A stretch of 64,000 nucleotides of DNA. Origin: Gekko japonicus (Eukaryota). Shown here in pieces: positions 12,453 through 24,968 of the stretch (its first letter is position 1; each line of letters opens with the position of its first letter). The notes below the pieces were generated by a model that was not told where the DNA came from, searched no databases, and saw only the letters and a program-made list of their open reading frames with translations. Made by a program: the position numbers and the translations under genes. The stretch spans positions 203,996 to 267,995 of the forward strand of contig NW_015172043.1 in NCBI RefSeq assembly GCF_001447785.1. Reading direction: 5' to 3'.

Positions 12453-12482
12453 CTCTTGGGGTTCTTGCTATGGGATCGGGAT
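12453..12482 (-). CDS. LUC7L2: LUC7L2 exon 8 (30-nt micro-exon)
   Basis: attttcag|A TCC CGA TCC CAT AGC AAG AAC CCC AAG AG|gtagga, encoding SRSHSKNPKR. Phase-compatible with exons 7 and 9. Confidence 0.93.
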
Positions 12483-12541
12483 CTGAAAATAAGTTTAAAG
12501 TATACAAGTAAACATATGCTGAAATGTCAACTTGAACAATC

Positions 12542-14008
12542 ATCTCTCTCTCTTTTTTAAATTTTGTTTTATTGAAGAAATAATTTTATAATTTAACAAC
12601 ACCAAAATCATTTATATGAAAAACAAAACTTCACTTCCATGCTTTATCTTCATATCTTCTTCCAAAATTATTACATGATAATGTTTATAAGATTCTCAAA
12701 CTATCTTAGCTCATTATAATAGATTTCAGTATATTATCAAATAAATCTTTGAACTAAATTATTCTGCAAATAATTAAGCTCAGTCCTTGGAGGCCTCAAG
12801 GGTCAGGAGGGGGAGGGGGAACCCTCCTTCCAAGGACCAACCTTGGGGGAACATACCCAGACGCTTGCCACAGTCCCACCGCTCTTGTAGCATCAAAAAA
12901 AAAAAAGTGTTATATTACCCAAACTCTCTTCAAAATCTTTGTGGTCTTCAGGGGTACAGACTTGAGTAATTTTGGCTGGCATAAGAGGAGAGCATTCTTT
13001 CCTTTTGCTGGCTCTATTTTCTTGTGATTCAGAAGGAGAAGAATTTAAGGTGGCCAGCATTAGTTCACCCAAGGCAGAGTCATATGCAGTGTAAGAGAAT
13101 GAGCCATGTTGGACACACAACTTGCCCATATGGCGCCAATGATATTTTATTCCTAAATCCCGCAGTTTAGCAGTGGTGTCTTTTAAGATCTCGTCTAATC
13201 TTTAAAAATTCAAAAGGGGGGGGGGGGAGATCTGGAAAAACTTGAATCTTCAAACCCTGAAAGTCAAGACTGCCTTGCTCTCTAGCCTCTGCAAGGATCG
13301 TCTGCCATGTTCAAAAGTCCTTAAATCCTACCAGTTGAGGAAGTAGATTCATCACATACCTTACCAATACAATAAGCTCTCTGTAGGAGGGTCGTAACAC
13401 CAGCTTCAAGGCTTAAAGTGCCCACTAACTAATTCACCATAAATATATTCAGCTCTGTTCCAGCTTCAACATTTGATTTAAACCCTTTGAACTTTAAGCA
13501 CATCTCAACAACTACAATAATCCAAAGGCAAAATATGTTCCCGTGCCCAAGTATGAGAGGTTCTCGCAGGTGACTGACTCTTGAGCTCAATAACTTTCTT
13601 GAGAGCTTTCTCTACCTTTTGGTTTGTCTATTTATGAAGCTCTTCTAACTCGTGCATGCATTGAAATGTTGGTTTCAGCATTTCTGTAATATTGTTTCTT
13701 AGTTCCTGATGTTGTTTGGTTAGCGCCTGCATTAAAAAATTTGTAGTAAGCGGGCTCTCTTCAGCCATTAGCTTACCCCTCCCCCAGCATTGCATATGAG
13801 GTGGATGGTGCATCTGTAGCTGGGAAAAACTCTGTTAAATGCAAAACACTTTTTCCTTTTTGTTTCCCCTTCTTACCACCTTTAGCCGCCATCTTTCAAA
13901 ATAATTTTTTTTGCATTGAAAAGGGTAAAAATATTCAAATGTTGAGCGGGCAGACGGTGAGCTCTGGGTACTGGCTGCTGACCCGGAAGTTGGTCGCTGC
14001 CACTCCCC
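12542..14008 (-). mobile_element. ORF1-only L1-like element (5' UTR, decayed ORF1, polyA)
   Basis: GGGG..ACTTCCGG 5' end. ORF1-like pieces MAEESPLTTNFLMQALTKQHQEL, KIQVFPDLP and LRDLGIKYHW. AATAAA plus A-tail near 12553-12573. Imperfect TSD CAACTTGAACAATC / CAAGTTGGATAATC. Confidence 0.65.
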
Positions 14009-14369
14009 CAAGTTGGATAATCCATTAACCAGAACAGAATATCATTAAAGCAGGTGATGCTAACCAAGAGCATAAAATCCAAGTCAGAACCACAGCTACT
14101 GAACAAAAGAGACTATTTTTCTTCTATTTAATCAATGTTCCCTCCACTGTTAAAGAACTTCAAGTGGAGTTCTTCAGAGTTAACAGTTTGACAGCCTTTA
14201 AAAAACATAAGATTGTATAAATGAAAACTATGGAGAAAATAAGCATTTCAACATTTTATGTATTACCACCACTTCTCATAAGCAAATTTCCCTGGTTCTT
14301 GGCATCTACAAAATGCTCACACTCATGCAGACACCCACAGTTCAGAATTGCCTGACATTCTGTGAAGCT

Positions 14370-15676
14370 GGGGGACCCAACAGATGTTGTTTACCTTGAC
14401 TTCCAGAAAGCTTTTGATAAAGTTCCTCATCAAAGGCTCCTGAGTAAGCTCAAAAATCATGGGATAAAAGGACAAGTCCTTTTGTGGATCAAAAACTGGC
14501 TAATTAATAGGAAACCGAGAGTGAGTATAAATGGGAAATTTTCTCAGTGGAGGCTGGTAAGCAGTGGGGTACCGCAGGGATCAGTACTCAGTCCAATGCT
14601 TTTTAACTTGTTCATTAATGATTTGGAGTTGGGAGTAAGCAGTGAAGTGGCTAAATTTGCGGATGATACGAAGTTGTTCACGGTGGTGAAAACCAGGGAG
14701 GATTGTGAGGCACTCCAAAGGGATCTGTCAAGGATGGGCAAGTGGGCATCAACGTGGCAAATGGGGTTCAATGTGGCCAAGTGCAAGGTGATGCACACTG
14801 GAGCCAAAAATCCTAACTATAAATACACGTTGATGGGGTCCGAACTGGCAGAGACTGACCACGAGAGAGATCTTGGAATCGTAGTGGATAACTCACTGAA
14901 AACATCGAGACAGTGTGTGACTGCAATAAAGAAGGCCAATGCTATGCTGGGGATTATTAGGAAGGGTATTGAAAACAGATCAGCCAATATCATAATGCCC
15001 CTATATAAATCAATGGTGCAACCTCATTTGGAATACTGTGTACAGTTCTGGTCACACCTTAAAAAGACTATGATAGCTTTGGAAAAAGTGCAGAAAAGGG
15101 CAACTCGAATGATAAAAGGGTTGGAACACTTTCCCTATGAAGAAAGGTTAAAGCACTGGGGGCTCTTTAGCTTGGAGAAACGAGGGCTGAGGGGTGACAT
15201 GATTGAGGTTTATAAGATTATGCATGGGATAGAGCAGGTAGAGAAAGAGGTACTTTTCTCCCTTTCTCACAATACAAGAACTCGTGGGCACTCCATGAAA
15301 TTGCTGAGAGGTCGGGTTAGAACAGATAAAAGGAAGTACTTCTTCACCCAAAGAGTGATTAACACATGGAATTCACTGCCACAGGAGGTAATGGCGGCTA
15401 CAAGCATGGACGGCGTCAAGAGGGAATTAGATAAGCATATAGAGCAGAAGTCCATCGGTGGCTATTAGCCACAAGGTATAGATAGGGGCTCCAGGGCAAG
15501 TAATGTTCTGTATTCTTGGTGTTTGCGGGGGGGCAATAGTGTGAGGGCTCCTAGTGTCCTGGCCCCACTGCTGGACCTCCTGATGGCACTTGGTATTTTT
15601 GGCCACTGTGTGACAGAGTGTTGGACTGGATGGGCCTTTGGCCTGATCCAACATTGGCTTCTCTTATGTTCTTATG
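14370..15676 (+). mobile_element. 5'-truncated CR1 LINE with open RT ORF
   Basis: 368-aa ORF with YLDFQKAFDKVPH, GVPQGSVL and FADD. 3' tail TTATGTTCTTATG. TGAAGCT repeated at both ends. Confidence 0.93.
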
Positions 15677-15971
15677 AAGCTTGTACAGTGAACTGATTAT
15701 AGTGAATATATTATATTTGATGACTGATCATGTCAGTTACTATGAAGATGTCAATTTGAAATTCAGTTGGATATTTTCCCGGTTTGAAAATTCATTCCAA
15801 TCACACACTCAAGTGGCTATAAGTTGTCCTAGCAGCAAACCTAAAACAGCAAGATCACTCTTAAACTGAGGAGAAATCTTATTTAAGAAAAAAGTTTTGC
15901 TATTCTCTTCAGAGGCAGCAAATGCAAATACATTCTTGTCATGCTGATTGACAAATACAACAGATTTCTAC

Positions 15972-16063
15972 CTCCTTAGTTTCTCTCTTTCTTCCCTCTC
16001 CCGCTCTTCTCTCCTCTTGAGGCGGTCTTGATTTCTTTTCTCTTGTTTATCAGCCACGATTCT
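15972..16063 (-). CDS. LUC7L2: LUC7L2 exon 7
   Basis: 92 nt, ttttcag / AG|gtag. Encodes RIVADKQEKRNQDRLKRREEREREEREKLR. Confidence 0.95.
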
Positions 16064-16274
16064 CTGAAAAACAAATGTATTTCCATAATTTCTTTTATGA
16101 GGATCAGTACCACCAAAGCATTTACAAAGACTGTGTTTCCTTCTTTCCCATTTCTTGGCCCTTACCAATTGTAAACCTAATCTGGCAGGATCATGAGTTA
16201 TATAATTAAAGGTATATGTAGTACAAGTCATCTTTGTTCATTCCAAAGAGGGAACTAATGGGGACACTCTTTAG

Positions 16275-16484
16275 TAGAGTTGCCAGGTCTGGGTTGGGAA
16301 GTACCTGGAAATTTTGAGGATGAAGCATGTGGAGGGTGGGGTGGAGGGGCTCAGCGGGATATAATGGCCATACAGTCCATCCTCCAAAGCAGCCATCTTA
16401 TCTAGGGGAACTGATCTTGGTAGTCTGGGAAGCCATGGTAATAATGATAGATCTCCAGGTGCCACCTGGAGGTTTGCAAACCTA
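16275..16484 (+). mobile_element. Non-autonomous hAT MITE (TAGGGTTGCCA-type TIR)
   Basis: TIRs TAGAGTTGCCA / TTGCAAACCTA; perfect 8-bp TSD CTCTTTAG. Confidence 0.8.
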
Positions 16485-17035
16485 CTCTTTAGAGACGAGC
16501 TCTAAGCAGTGGGCTAATTTTTAAATGGGCATTTCCACTGTAATCCTGTCATTTACTGCTGCAGGTAAAGAACTTTTCAAAGCCAAACACCTCAATCTAT
16601 ACTGAAGAATAAAATGTTGGTAATCCGATGGTAGGTAGCATGTAGTGCAGAAGAACCACTCCACGGGAGGCTCTGCTAAGCTCATGTATCTCTCCAGGAA
16701 ATATCTTCCATAGATGGGGAAGTTAGCAAGTGAAGTGAGTCAGATGGGCAGATTTCTCTTGAGAAAACCATCATGGGGAAGGTCCTACCATGATGCTATG
16801 AATTTAGAATGTTAATTCATTATCTTCAAAAATATGTTCTACATTTGCCATCTGAGGTTGCTCAGAAGATCAATGAGATGTAAGAATATATACTAGCGCT
16901 TTTGAAATACAACCCCTCATTCCCAGCCACATCACTGGTTCTGAACATGAGATACCAATTAATGGACATCTATTACAACTGTCTGACCAGTAACTGGTTA
17001 TTATTAATGGATTTTAAAAAGCAATACATAATTAC

Positions 17036-17212
17036 CCTAAGCTCTTCAAGTTTCTCTCTTATTTCAATAAAACCCAAGTGGAGTTTTCCTCCAAAGTGAT
17101 CAGCAAGCCGCCTGTCGTTATCATGTAGACCAAGATAAGCTGAGCACACTTCACAGACACGAAGCTTCTGCTGCTGGAAGCTAGAAGCAGGCATTGAATT
17201 TCTGTACACTTC
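17036..17212 (-). CDS. LUC7L2: LUC7L2 exon 6 (zinc finger 2)
   Basis: 177 nt with canonical splice sites. Encodes EVYRNSMPASSFQQQKLRVCEVCSAYLGLHDNDRRLADHFGGKLHLGF... Confidence 0.97.
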
Positions 17213-17970
17213 CTGAAAGATACACAATATATTCTCATAAATGCATGAACAGACAGACATCCTAATAGGTAGATATTTTAAACTGAGGTGGAGGATTAAT
17301 TTGTGAACAGCTCAAGGGGGAGCTGTCGCTATCAGGAATCTGGCAAATGAATCTGTGGACTGGCTATCACTGCTGCATGGACAAGGAAGGAAACAGTGTG
17401 ATCAAGAATAGAACACTCCTGTAGGCTCTTTCCAGTGAACCACCAGTGTGGATAGAAAATGTTTGGGTGTATCCTCCCTTTGATTTGAGTGAAATGTCTG
17501 TAGTTCTCTTATAAAGCTCAAGACAGTTTTCTACTTCCTATTGCAGCATTCTATGCTTTCTAGAATCACTGGAACTACAGAGTCCAGTACAGCTTTGCAG
17601 TCAACAGAGTGAGAAAGGAAAGGCTAAAAAGAAGGTTTTCCCTGTAGGAAGTGCAAATCATAGCATCTGCAAACACAGCTTTGGTAGAATAAAAGGGTCA
17701 AAGCTGGACATTAAACACCACTGATCTACATGAAGTATTGTTGCAGAACTGTGTAATTTGTGCTTTGTGTGGCTAAACCCCACAACTCTTACTCAACATG
17801 AGGACTTGCTGGATTTTTTGGGACAATGAACATAGTTAATGCAATTTTTAAGACTCTTGCTCTATGCCAGTTCTGTGGATTACCTTATTCATGGATTGTA
17901 ATAATTAATGAATATGGGAGCACTAAGGATCAAATTAAATCAACTGTTTAAGAACACTGATTAAAATTAC

Positions 17971-18114
17971 CTCTGCTTCCCTCTTCTTTGCCCTTGCTTT
18001 CTCCACTTCATCCATTACTTTCTGTGATTCTTCCACATTTCCATCAGCTCCAAGTTGCTCTACTTTGGCAAGCAGCTTCCCAATTTCTTCATTCAATTCA
18101 TGGACTCGTTCAGC
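17971..18114 (-). CDS. LUC7L2: LUC7L2 exon 5
   Basis: 144 nt. Encodes AERVHELNEEIGKLLAKVEQLGADGNVEESQKVMDEVEKARAKKREAE. Confidence 0.97.
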
Positions 18115-18538
18115 CTTTGGGAGAGAAAAAAAGATAAAATAATAAATGAAACAGTTTTCTTCAAGCAAAGCTGAGATTACACAGATTACAACTGGTCCTT
18201 CCGTTAAACAAAATATATTTTTAAAAACTGCCTTTTTTGCCACAAACTAAGTAAAACAGAGATCAGAGTACTGGACTTGAATCTTTGAGACTTCACTTCA
18301 AACTCACACGAAGCTCACTGGGTGACTGAGCCAGACACACACAGAACTGTACCTCACAGGGTTGTTGTGAGAATACAGATGAACTCCACTATCCTGTCCT
18401 CAGATATAACTAAACCACAACATAATGAATACAGTACTTGAACTGGATCAGGGAAGCCCAGGTTCAAGTTCCTATTCAGCCATCAACACTCTGGAGGACC
18501 CCTGTTGATATTATCCTTTCCTAGCTGTGCTTTCACAC

Positions 18539-18551
18539 AGAGGAGGAAGAG

Positions 18552-18582
<31 letters not shown>

Positions 18583-18760
18583 GGGGGGAGGAGGAGGAGG
18601 AGGAGGAGATTGGATTTATACTCCGCCCTTCACTACCCAAAGAAGCCTCAGAGTGGCTTACAATCTCCTTTCCCTTCCCCTGCCCACAACAGACACCCTC
18701 CTGTGAGGTAGGTGGGGCTGAGAGAGCTCTGACAGAAACTGCTCTTTTTTCAAGAACAGT
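18539..18760 (-). mobile_element. Truncated Squam3-like SINE with expanded (GGA/GAA)n microsatellite tail
   Basis: Same body as the SINE at 11974-12256; purine triplet repeat at 18539-18608. Confidence 0.75.
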
Positions 18761-18928
18761 GGACTACTAGTGATTTCAGAAGTTTGTTGAAAATAATGAA
18801 ATGGTTAAATGCCATTTTCCACACTGAAAAAGTGTTGGAGAAGCAAACAGGTTTTTTTTTTTTTTTTTTAAACTGTAATCAGAGGCATCCTCAATGAAGT
18901 ACCAGCAGAGTGAGTCCTCAATGCTTAC

Positions 18929-19039
18929 CTTGGCTGCAACTTCAGCACTGATCTCCTCTTGGGTTTCTGCCAATCTTTTCTTTGCCACCTCAGTTCTCCG
19001 ATCACAGTCAGCTATGAATGACTGCAGATGATCCATTGC
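18929..19039 (-). CDS. LUC7L2: LUC7L2 exon 4
   Basis: 111 nt, ttag / gtaagc. Encodes AMDHLQSFIADCDRRTEVAKKRLAETQEEISAEVAAK. Confidence 0.97.
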
Positions 19040-19912
19040 CTAAGGCATCAAAAGATTCATTGCCCAAAATAAATGTTTTTTTCATTAGGCAAAACAAATT
19101 CATTCACTGCAGGTTAAACCTACAGCAGTAAAAAGCTGCACTTTTCAACTTTTACACTTAACACACTCGATCAAGGGTTTCTAGGAGATCCTAAACCAAA
19201 TACAATTTAAGTCACATTTACAGGAATATTAAAATTAACAAGCACGTTTTCAGTTGCCAACACTCTTCTGTTCCTGTACTTTTAACAATGTGGACTAATT
19301 CAAGTCAGTCAATGAGATGCACAATTGCATGGGAGGACTGAAACGTATCCTTGAGTGAATATGAACTGGAAAGGAGTTCAAGTGAGGAGAGGGGTTGAAT
19401 TTCACATATAGAAAATAATGCCCTAACTCCTCATTGAGGGAATGCTACAGGATTAAAACCTGCTCTTCCACTTCCCAAAGGGCTTTCTGTTCACCAGACG
19501 ATATCACTACTTGAATATTCCTGCTCCCATGTCTTCACTGAAAGCAATCTTCTTGAAAATATCACACATACACAACACTTCTTAATCTTGTCAAAACTAC
19601 AGAAGGTAAGCCCTGCTGAGTAGTTTCTCTCCAAGTACAAAAACTTTCAACAAAATGTCCCATTTCTCTAATTCCTACTACAGGTCCAATGATGTTCCAC
19701 CATTAACCGACTAACCATGGATTATAAATCCCAAGAAACTGAGCATTTCACAAAATTGCATGCTCTGAAAATTTAGGCACTTAAGTCATCAAGCTCCTTA
19801 CTAGGATTGTTTATTTAACAAGCCAAAACCAGCATGATACCATGTCCCTGAGTAAGCTTCCCTTCCCTCCCATCACATTTATATGCTAGAGATAATTCAA
19901 AGATAAACGTAC

Positions 19913-20011
19913 ATCAAGCTCAAAGAAAAAGTCTTGTTCTTTTGATGCGATTTCATAATCCGCTCTTAATGCCAAATCATGCACCTTCAGACATTCTCCA
20001 AGGTCCATCCT
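19913..20011 (-). CDS. LUC7L2: LUC7L2 exon 3
   Basis: 99 nt, tctttag / gtacgt. Encodes RMDLGECLKVHDLALRADYEIASKEQDFFFELD. Confidence 0.96.
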
Positions 20012-20231
20012 CTAAAGACAGAAAAACAGAACTTTACATATACTAAAGTGGCTTTAAAGAATATTTTGATCAAATATTGTGAAGCAAGCAAATTTCATGT
20101 AAGCTCAGAAACAATGCAACATTTCAATTAACTAGCACCACAAAATTATTAAGGCAAGTGATCAGAACCAGTCCATTCTAAGATGTCCAATATAATACTG
20201 CTCAGACTAAGAATAGACAACTAATATCTAA

Positions 20232-20690
20232 TTGCTATAGATTTTCCGGGTTGTGTGGTCGTGGTCTTGGCATTGTAGAACCTGACGTTTTGCCAGTAGC
20301 TGTGACTGGCATCCTCAGAGGTATAACACAGAAAGATGGAGTACTCTCTGTGTCAAGGTGAGAAGAAAAATGTTAGGCAGGTAATTTATATCACTCCAAA
20401 AGGTGGGGTAGGGCTGAGTCAATGATCTTGTAGGAGTTCCCCAGGCTATGAACATGCTAACAAGATAACTGACTCAGCCCTACCCCACCTTTTGGAGTGA
20501 TATAAATTACCTGCCTAACATTTTTCTTCTCACCTTGACACAGAGAGTACTCCATCTTTCTGTGTTATACCTCTGAGGATGCCAGTCACAGCTACTGGCA
20601 AAACGTCAGGTTCTACAATGCCAAGACCACAGTCACACAACCCGGAAAATCTACAGCAACTAATGAACTCCGGCCGTGAAAGCCTTCGAC
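20232..20690. mobile_element. Penelope-like element remnant: inverted pseudo-LTR pair with hammerhead ribozyme motif
   Basis: 200-bp inverted arms (20232-20431 and 20460-20659). Hammerhead motif at 20569-20611 (+) and 20280-20322 (-). PLE-type end CCGGCCGTGAAAGCCTTCGAC. Flanking near-duplication GACAACTAATAT / GACGACTAATAT. Confidence 0.85.
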
Positions 20691-22009
20691 GACTAATATT
20701 TGTTTGAACTTCAGCCATACCAGCATTATATTGGCTGGTCTTAATAAAAGGTACTACACGGCTTTTGTTATTGGATTCTGTTTGGTAGCAGTGTGGCCAC
20801 CTGTAGCCTCAGCATTTCTAGTGGTACTTGAACTTGTAAGACTGAACAATTCTTAATAAGTCTTCCCTCTTCTTGCATTTGTCCTGATAAGCTTGCATAT
20901 CTATCAGTCCATTTGTTTAACAAAGACCCCAGAAAAGGGAAATTATGAATTATGATCAAATGGCACATACCTTCACTTTCATTCATACTCCTTTAACTGA
21001 CCTCCTTACACTGAGGACAACTATTTTCCAGGAGTACAAAAAATTACAGTGGTTTAGATCCTACAAGCGTTCCACTGATGGTGGAGCTTTTCTTTGGTAG
21101 AAGTGGTAGGATACAAGCCTAAGCCTCTCCCAGTTGTAACAGCACAGACAGGAGAGACATCCAAAAATTATGAGGCCTGGGGAAGTAATGTTTTAGACAA
21201 GATAATTCTAGAACTGATTCTCAGGCAGCAGTATTCAGTGATGGTTAAGTTGTACACACATTCATAATAATCAGCAAGAAAACTTTAAATGTCAATCTGA
21301 AGCTGAGAAAAATATGTTCAGAATCCTATTTTGTAAAAACAAAGAGAATTTAGCATGCATTACCTACAGAATTTTCAGCCATGCATCCTGTGGTACACAA
21401 ATTAATAGCAGACAGATAGAATAAACTCTCAGTATTTACAACAGCTCACTTAAAATATATGGCTCCTTCTCCATATCTATCACTTTTCATTAGCAAGGCA
21501 TCACAAAATAGGTGCATCTACTCACTCTTGACTCACACATAAGTCCATTCTGTATCCAGCATCAGCCTAAAAGTTTTAAGCTTTGAGTTTTTACTGGTTT
21601 TAAATGGCTTAATTTAATGATTTTATGTTTTATGGTTCAATCTTGTTTTAATATGTGAGCTGCCTCAAGCAGATCTCTGAATAAGCGGCAGATACATTCT
21701 CTAAATAAATAATTAGTGGTTAGTGTGTTGGAATAGGATTTGGAAGTCCCAGATCCCCAGCCTACCATGAAACTTATTCAGCAACCTTGGGCTAGTCACT
21801 TTCTGTTTAAATTTCATAACAGGGTTGTTGTGAGGATGAAATGGGGAATGGAGAACAATGTGTGTCACCCTGAGCTCTTTGGAAGAAGGGTGGAATAAAA
21901 ATGTACTAAAATAAACACAAAGGAAAATGTAGGGCCATTCTTCATTTTTTAATTTATTAAGATTTAATCACTAACACAGAATTTAAATCCTATTAAGAAT
22001 TTTTACAAG

Positions 22010-22636
22010 CATACATCTGGAAAGATTTAGGGATTGGAGCACCCTTCTTATGAGGGAAAACTAGAGTCTGGGGCTTTTCAGGTGATTAAGGGGAAACATG
22101 AGGGAAATTTATTAAATAAACATGACCAGAGTATTCCCCCCTAAAACCAGAATGCAGGAACACCCAGTAAGTTGGTGGGGAACACACTGAGGACATATGA
22201 CAGAAAGTCCTTCTTTCCTCAACAAGCAACTAAATTCTATTTATTTAAAACATTTATTAGCTGCCTTTCTCCCTTGCAGAACTCAAGGCAACTTACAATA
22301 AAAATAAAACAATTACAAGAAAACCCAATAAAAACAAAATAAATAAAACAGTTGCAAACAAACTGTGGAATTTACTTCCAGTTGACATAGTGATGGCCGC
22401 TAGCACAGATGTTCTTAAGGACAGGGCCATCAATGACTATTAACCATTATAGTTAAAGAGAACCTCCACATTCAGGTGCAGTAAACATACAAAAGCCAGT
22501 GCTAGGAGACCACATCAGGGGACAGCCTTGGCCTTTATGCTCTGTTTGCTGGTCCTCCAAAGCAACAGCTGGTTATTGTCTAAAACAGGATGCTGGATTG
22601 AATGAATGACTATTCTAATCCACCAGGGCACTTATG
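22010..22636 (+). mobile_element. Old CR1 3' fragment, interrupted
   Basis: Degenerate similarity to the 3' part of the CR1 at 14370-15676 (ggagcacc..cttatgagg; caggatgctggattga..cttatgt). Confidence 0.55.
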
Positions 22637-23449
22637 TAAATATGATACATTCCAGTTCAGTCTGCTCTGCACCTATCACCTTATTGTTATTTTTTTTCAT
22701 GGGTACACCTGTTACATAAATAGGTATCAAGACCACTAAGGATACGCTCAGACTCTTAGGATACACCACCACCACCACTAACTGAAATACTGTTTAATTG
22801 CCGTAGCTTTTTCTTAGATTCTTTGGTCAGCAAATCACTGTATTACTTTGTTTGGTCAGGGTTCAACTGTGACCAATGGTGATCTGGTTACATTCTTGTT
22901 CAGAGCATTATATGATCAGTAATAGGCTTGGAACAACTGAATTTGTTTAAATCAATTTCACCTGAAAACATTTAAACATTCAGACTTTAAAGAAATCCTT
23001 GTATTTATACCCATGGGAGACTGACTGATTTTTGTATACGCACAAGTACTGTCGTGCTTCTGTATAGGTGTCCAAGGGTCAGAAAACAGTGTTTTGTTTT
23101 TAAGTGTTACGCTGATTAATCTTTTGATGTCATCAGACAAGCTCCATGAAACATTTTCCAGTTTACAATATTATATTATTTATAACATTACATAATTTAG
23201 AACACCTACTTTATACTTCTCCTTGGCAGCACGGTCTAACAGTCAAAATTTATGCTTTGAGGTACAAAACTGAAAGTAGCAAACTCAGAGACAGTCATAA
23301 GAATGAACTTGATACTGAACTTTTTCAGGAAACATGACAAAGATTACTCTAAGAGGTATATAAGTTACCCGGTAATACCATGATTAAAGAAAACTGTGTA
23401 AAGGCATTTGCTCAGGTGGTAAGAGATCACACGGTCAAATCTACAAAAC

Positions 23450-24065
23450 TGTGCTGGAGGGGTTGTGGTGAAATTGGTTCATATAGGCACTGTTGGTGGG
23501 TCTGTGCGCATGTCACGGCTTTTTGGCGACTGATAGTTAATCACATCTATAACATTACTGCTTTCCAACTACCACTTGATGCAGAATCCTTATTGTTAGG
23601 TACATGGCAATTTAGCCCTTCACCACTGCTTCATAAGGAACTGATTCTCCTTTTATGTGCAGCCGCCAGACTTTTAATTGCAAAATCCTGGAAAAATAAT
23701 ACTCACCTTACACTATCAGCCTGGCTATATAAAGTCTGTGCTTTCTGTCTGATGGACAAACTTACTGATTCTCTTCTTTCTAAGGCTACAGATAATTTGA
23801 TTCAAAATTTACCTTGATCTAGTTCTGCTTCCTGGACTATTTATCCACCAAACCTGAGTATTCTTTGATTTTGGATATTATAAATCTGTTGTATTGATGC
23901 ATTTCATGGGATGTTTCATGTTAATGAAATTCTTAGTCAAACTGTTTTTTTGTTAATATCATGTCTACATTGTTTGTTATGTAAGTTTTATCACATGTAC
24001 CAATTAAGCTATATTTCTGATGTTATATGTACTTGCTTGTAAAATAAATATTAAAAGTTTTTTAA
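23450..24065 (+). mobile_element. L1/Tx1-clade 3' fragment
   Basis: Cys-rich ORF2 end CWRGCGEIGSYRHCWWVC; A-rich tail; 12-bp TSD AAATCTACAAAA at 23438-23449 and 24066-24077. Confidence 0.85.
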
Positions 24066-24574
24066 AAATCTACAAAAGTTGGTTGTATTATTGCTCAGGT
24101 GGTATAATTTCCTGAGGAGGTTAGCAAAAATGCCTGATGTTGTTTCTATCACATGTTGGAAATGTACAAACATGTCAACACTTTTATGCATATCTGGTCA
24201 GTGGGAATGTCTGAAAGCAAAAGTATTCTGAGGAAATATTCATATATGCAAGATTGTTGGGTATGACCAGGAAACAGCCTATCACTGTATTTATTAGGTT
24301 ATTATACGTGAATTCCCAAGGTACATGTATATCTCATTGCTTTATGTGTTTTTGTTTTAATTTTTAAATTTTGCAATTTAAAAAAATATCAGGAGTTCAC
24401 AAATTTACTCATCATGATGAGTGCCTTTCCTCTTGGGCAGCAAAACTCTCCAGAGCCAGGAGATGCTGAAGAGGGCATCTCTGCAGTCACACGGTGGAGC
24501 CATTCAATGGAATCCAACCAATAAATTTAAAACAAAACTGTACTGCCATAATTTTGCTTGCTCATACCATATGT

Positions 24575-24968
24575 CAGGGGTGGCCAAACTGTGGCTCAGG
24601 AGCCACATGCGGCTCTTTCACACATGTTGTGTGGCTCCCGGCAGGGTGCTGGGGAAGCGTTCCTCTCCCTGGGTAGGCTTGAGGTGGGGGGGGGGGGGCA
24701 GAGAAAGAAAGCAACTTTAAATACGTTCTCAAATCCCCCACCCCCCTGGCCAGCTTGGAGAAAGCATTTGTCTCTTTAAGTATCATTATCAATATCTGTT
24801 TTTACCCCTTTTGTTTTTTGTTTCTGGCAGTCTTATTTAATGTTAATAAAGCAAATTTGCATGTTTTCTAATAAAAGCATGTGAAATATTCGTTCATGTC
24901 TTGCTTCTCTCAGACATCTGAAGTTACTTCTATGTGGCTCTTCCGTTAAGCAAGTTTGGCCACCCTTG
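24575..24968 (+). mobile_element. Non-autonomous hAT (Charlie-like) transposon
   Basis: TIRs CAGGGGTGGCCAAACT / AGTTTGGCCACCCTTG; degenerate 8-bp TSD CCATATGT / CCAGATTT. Confidence 0.8.

Noticed and set aside
18505-18711. Arg-rich ORF resembling an RS or protamine-like peptide
   Set aside because: Translation of the (GGA)n SINE tail.
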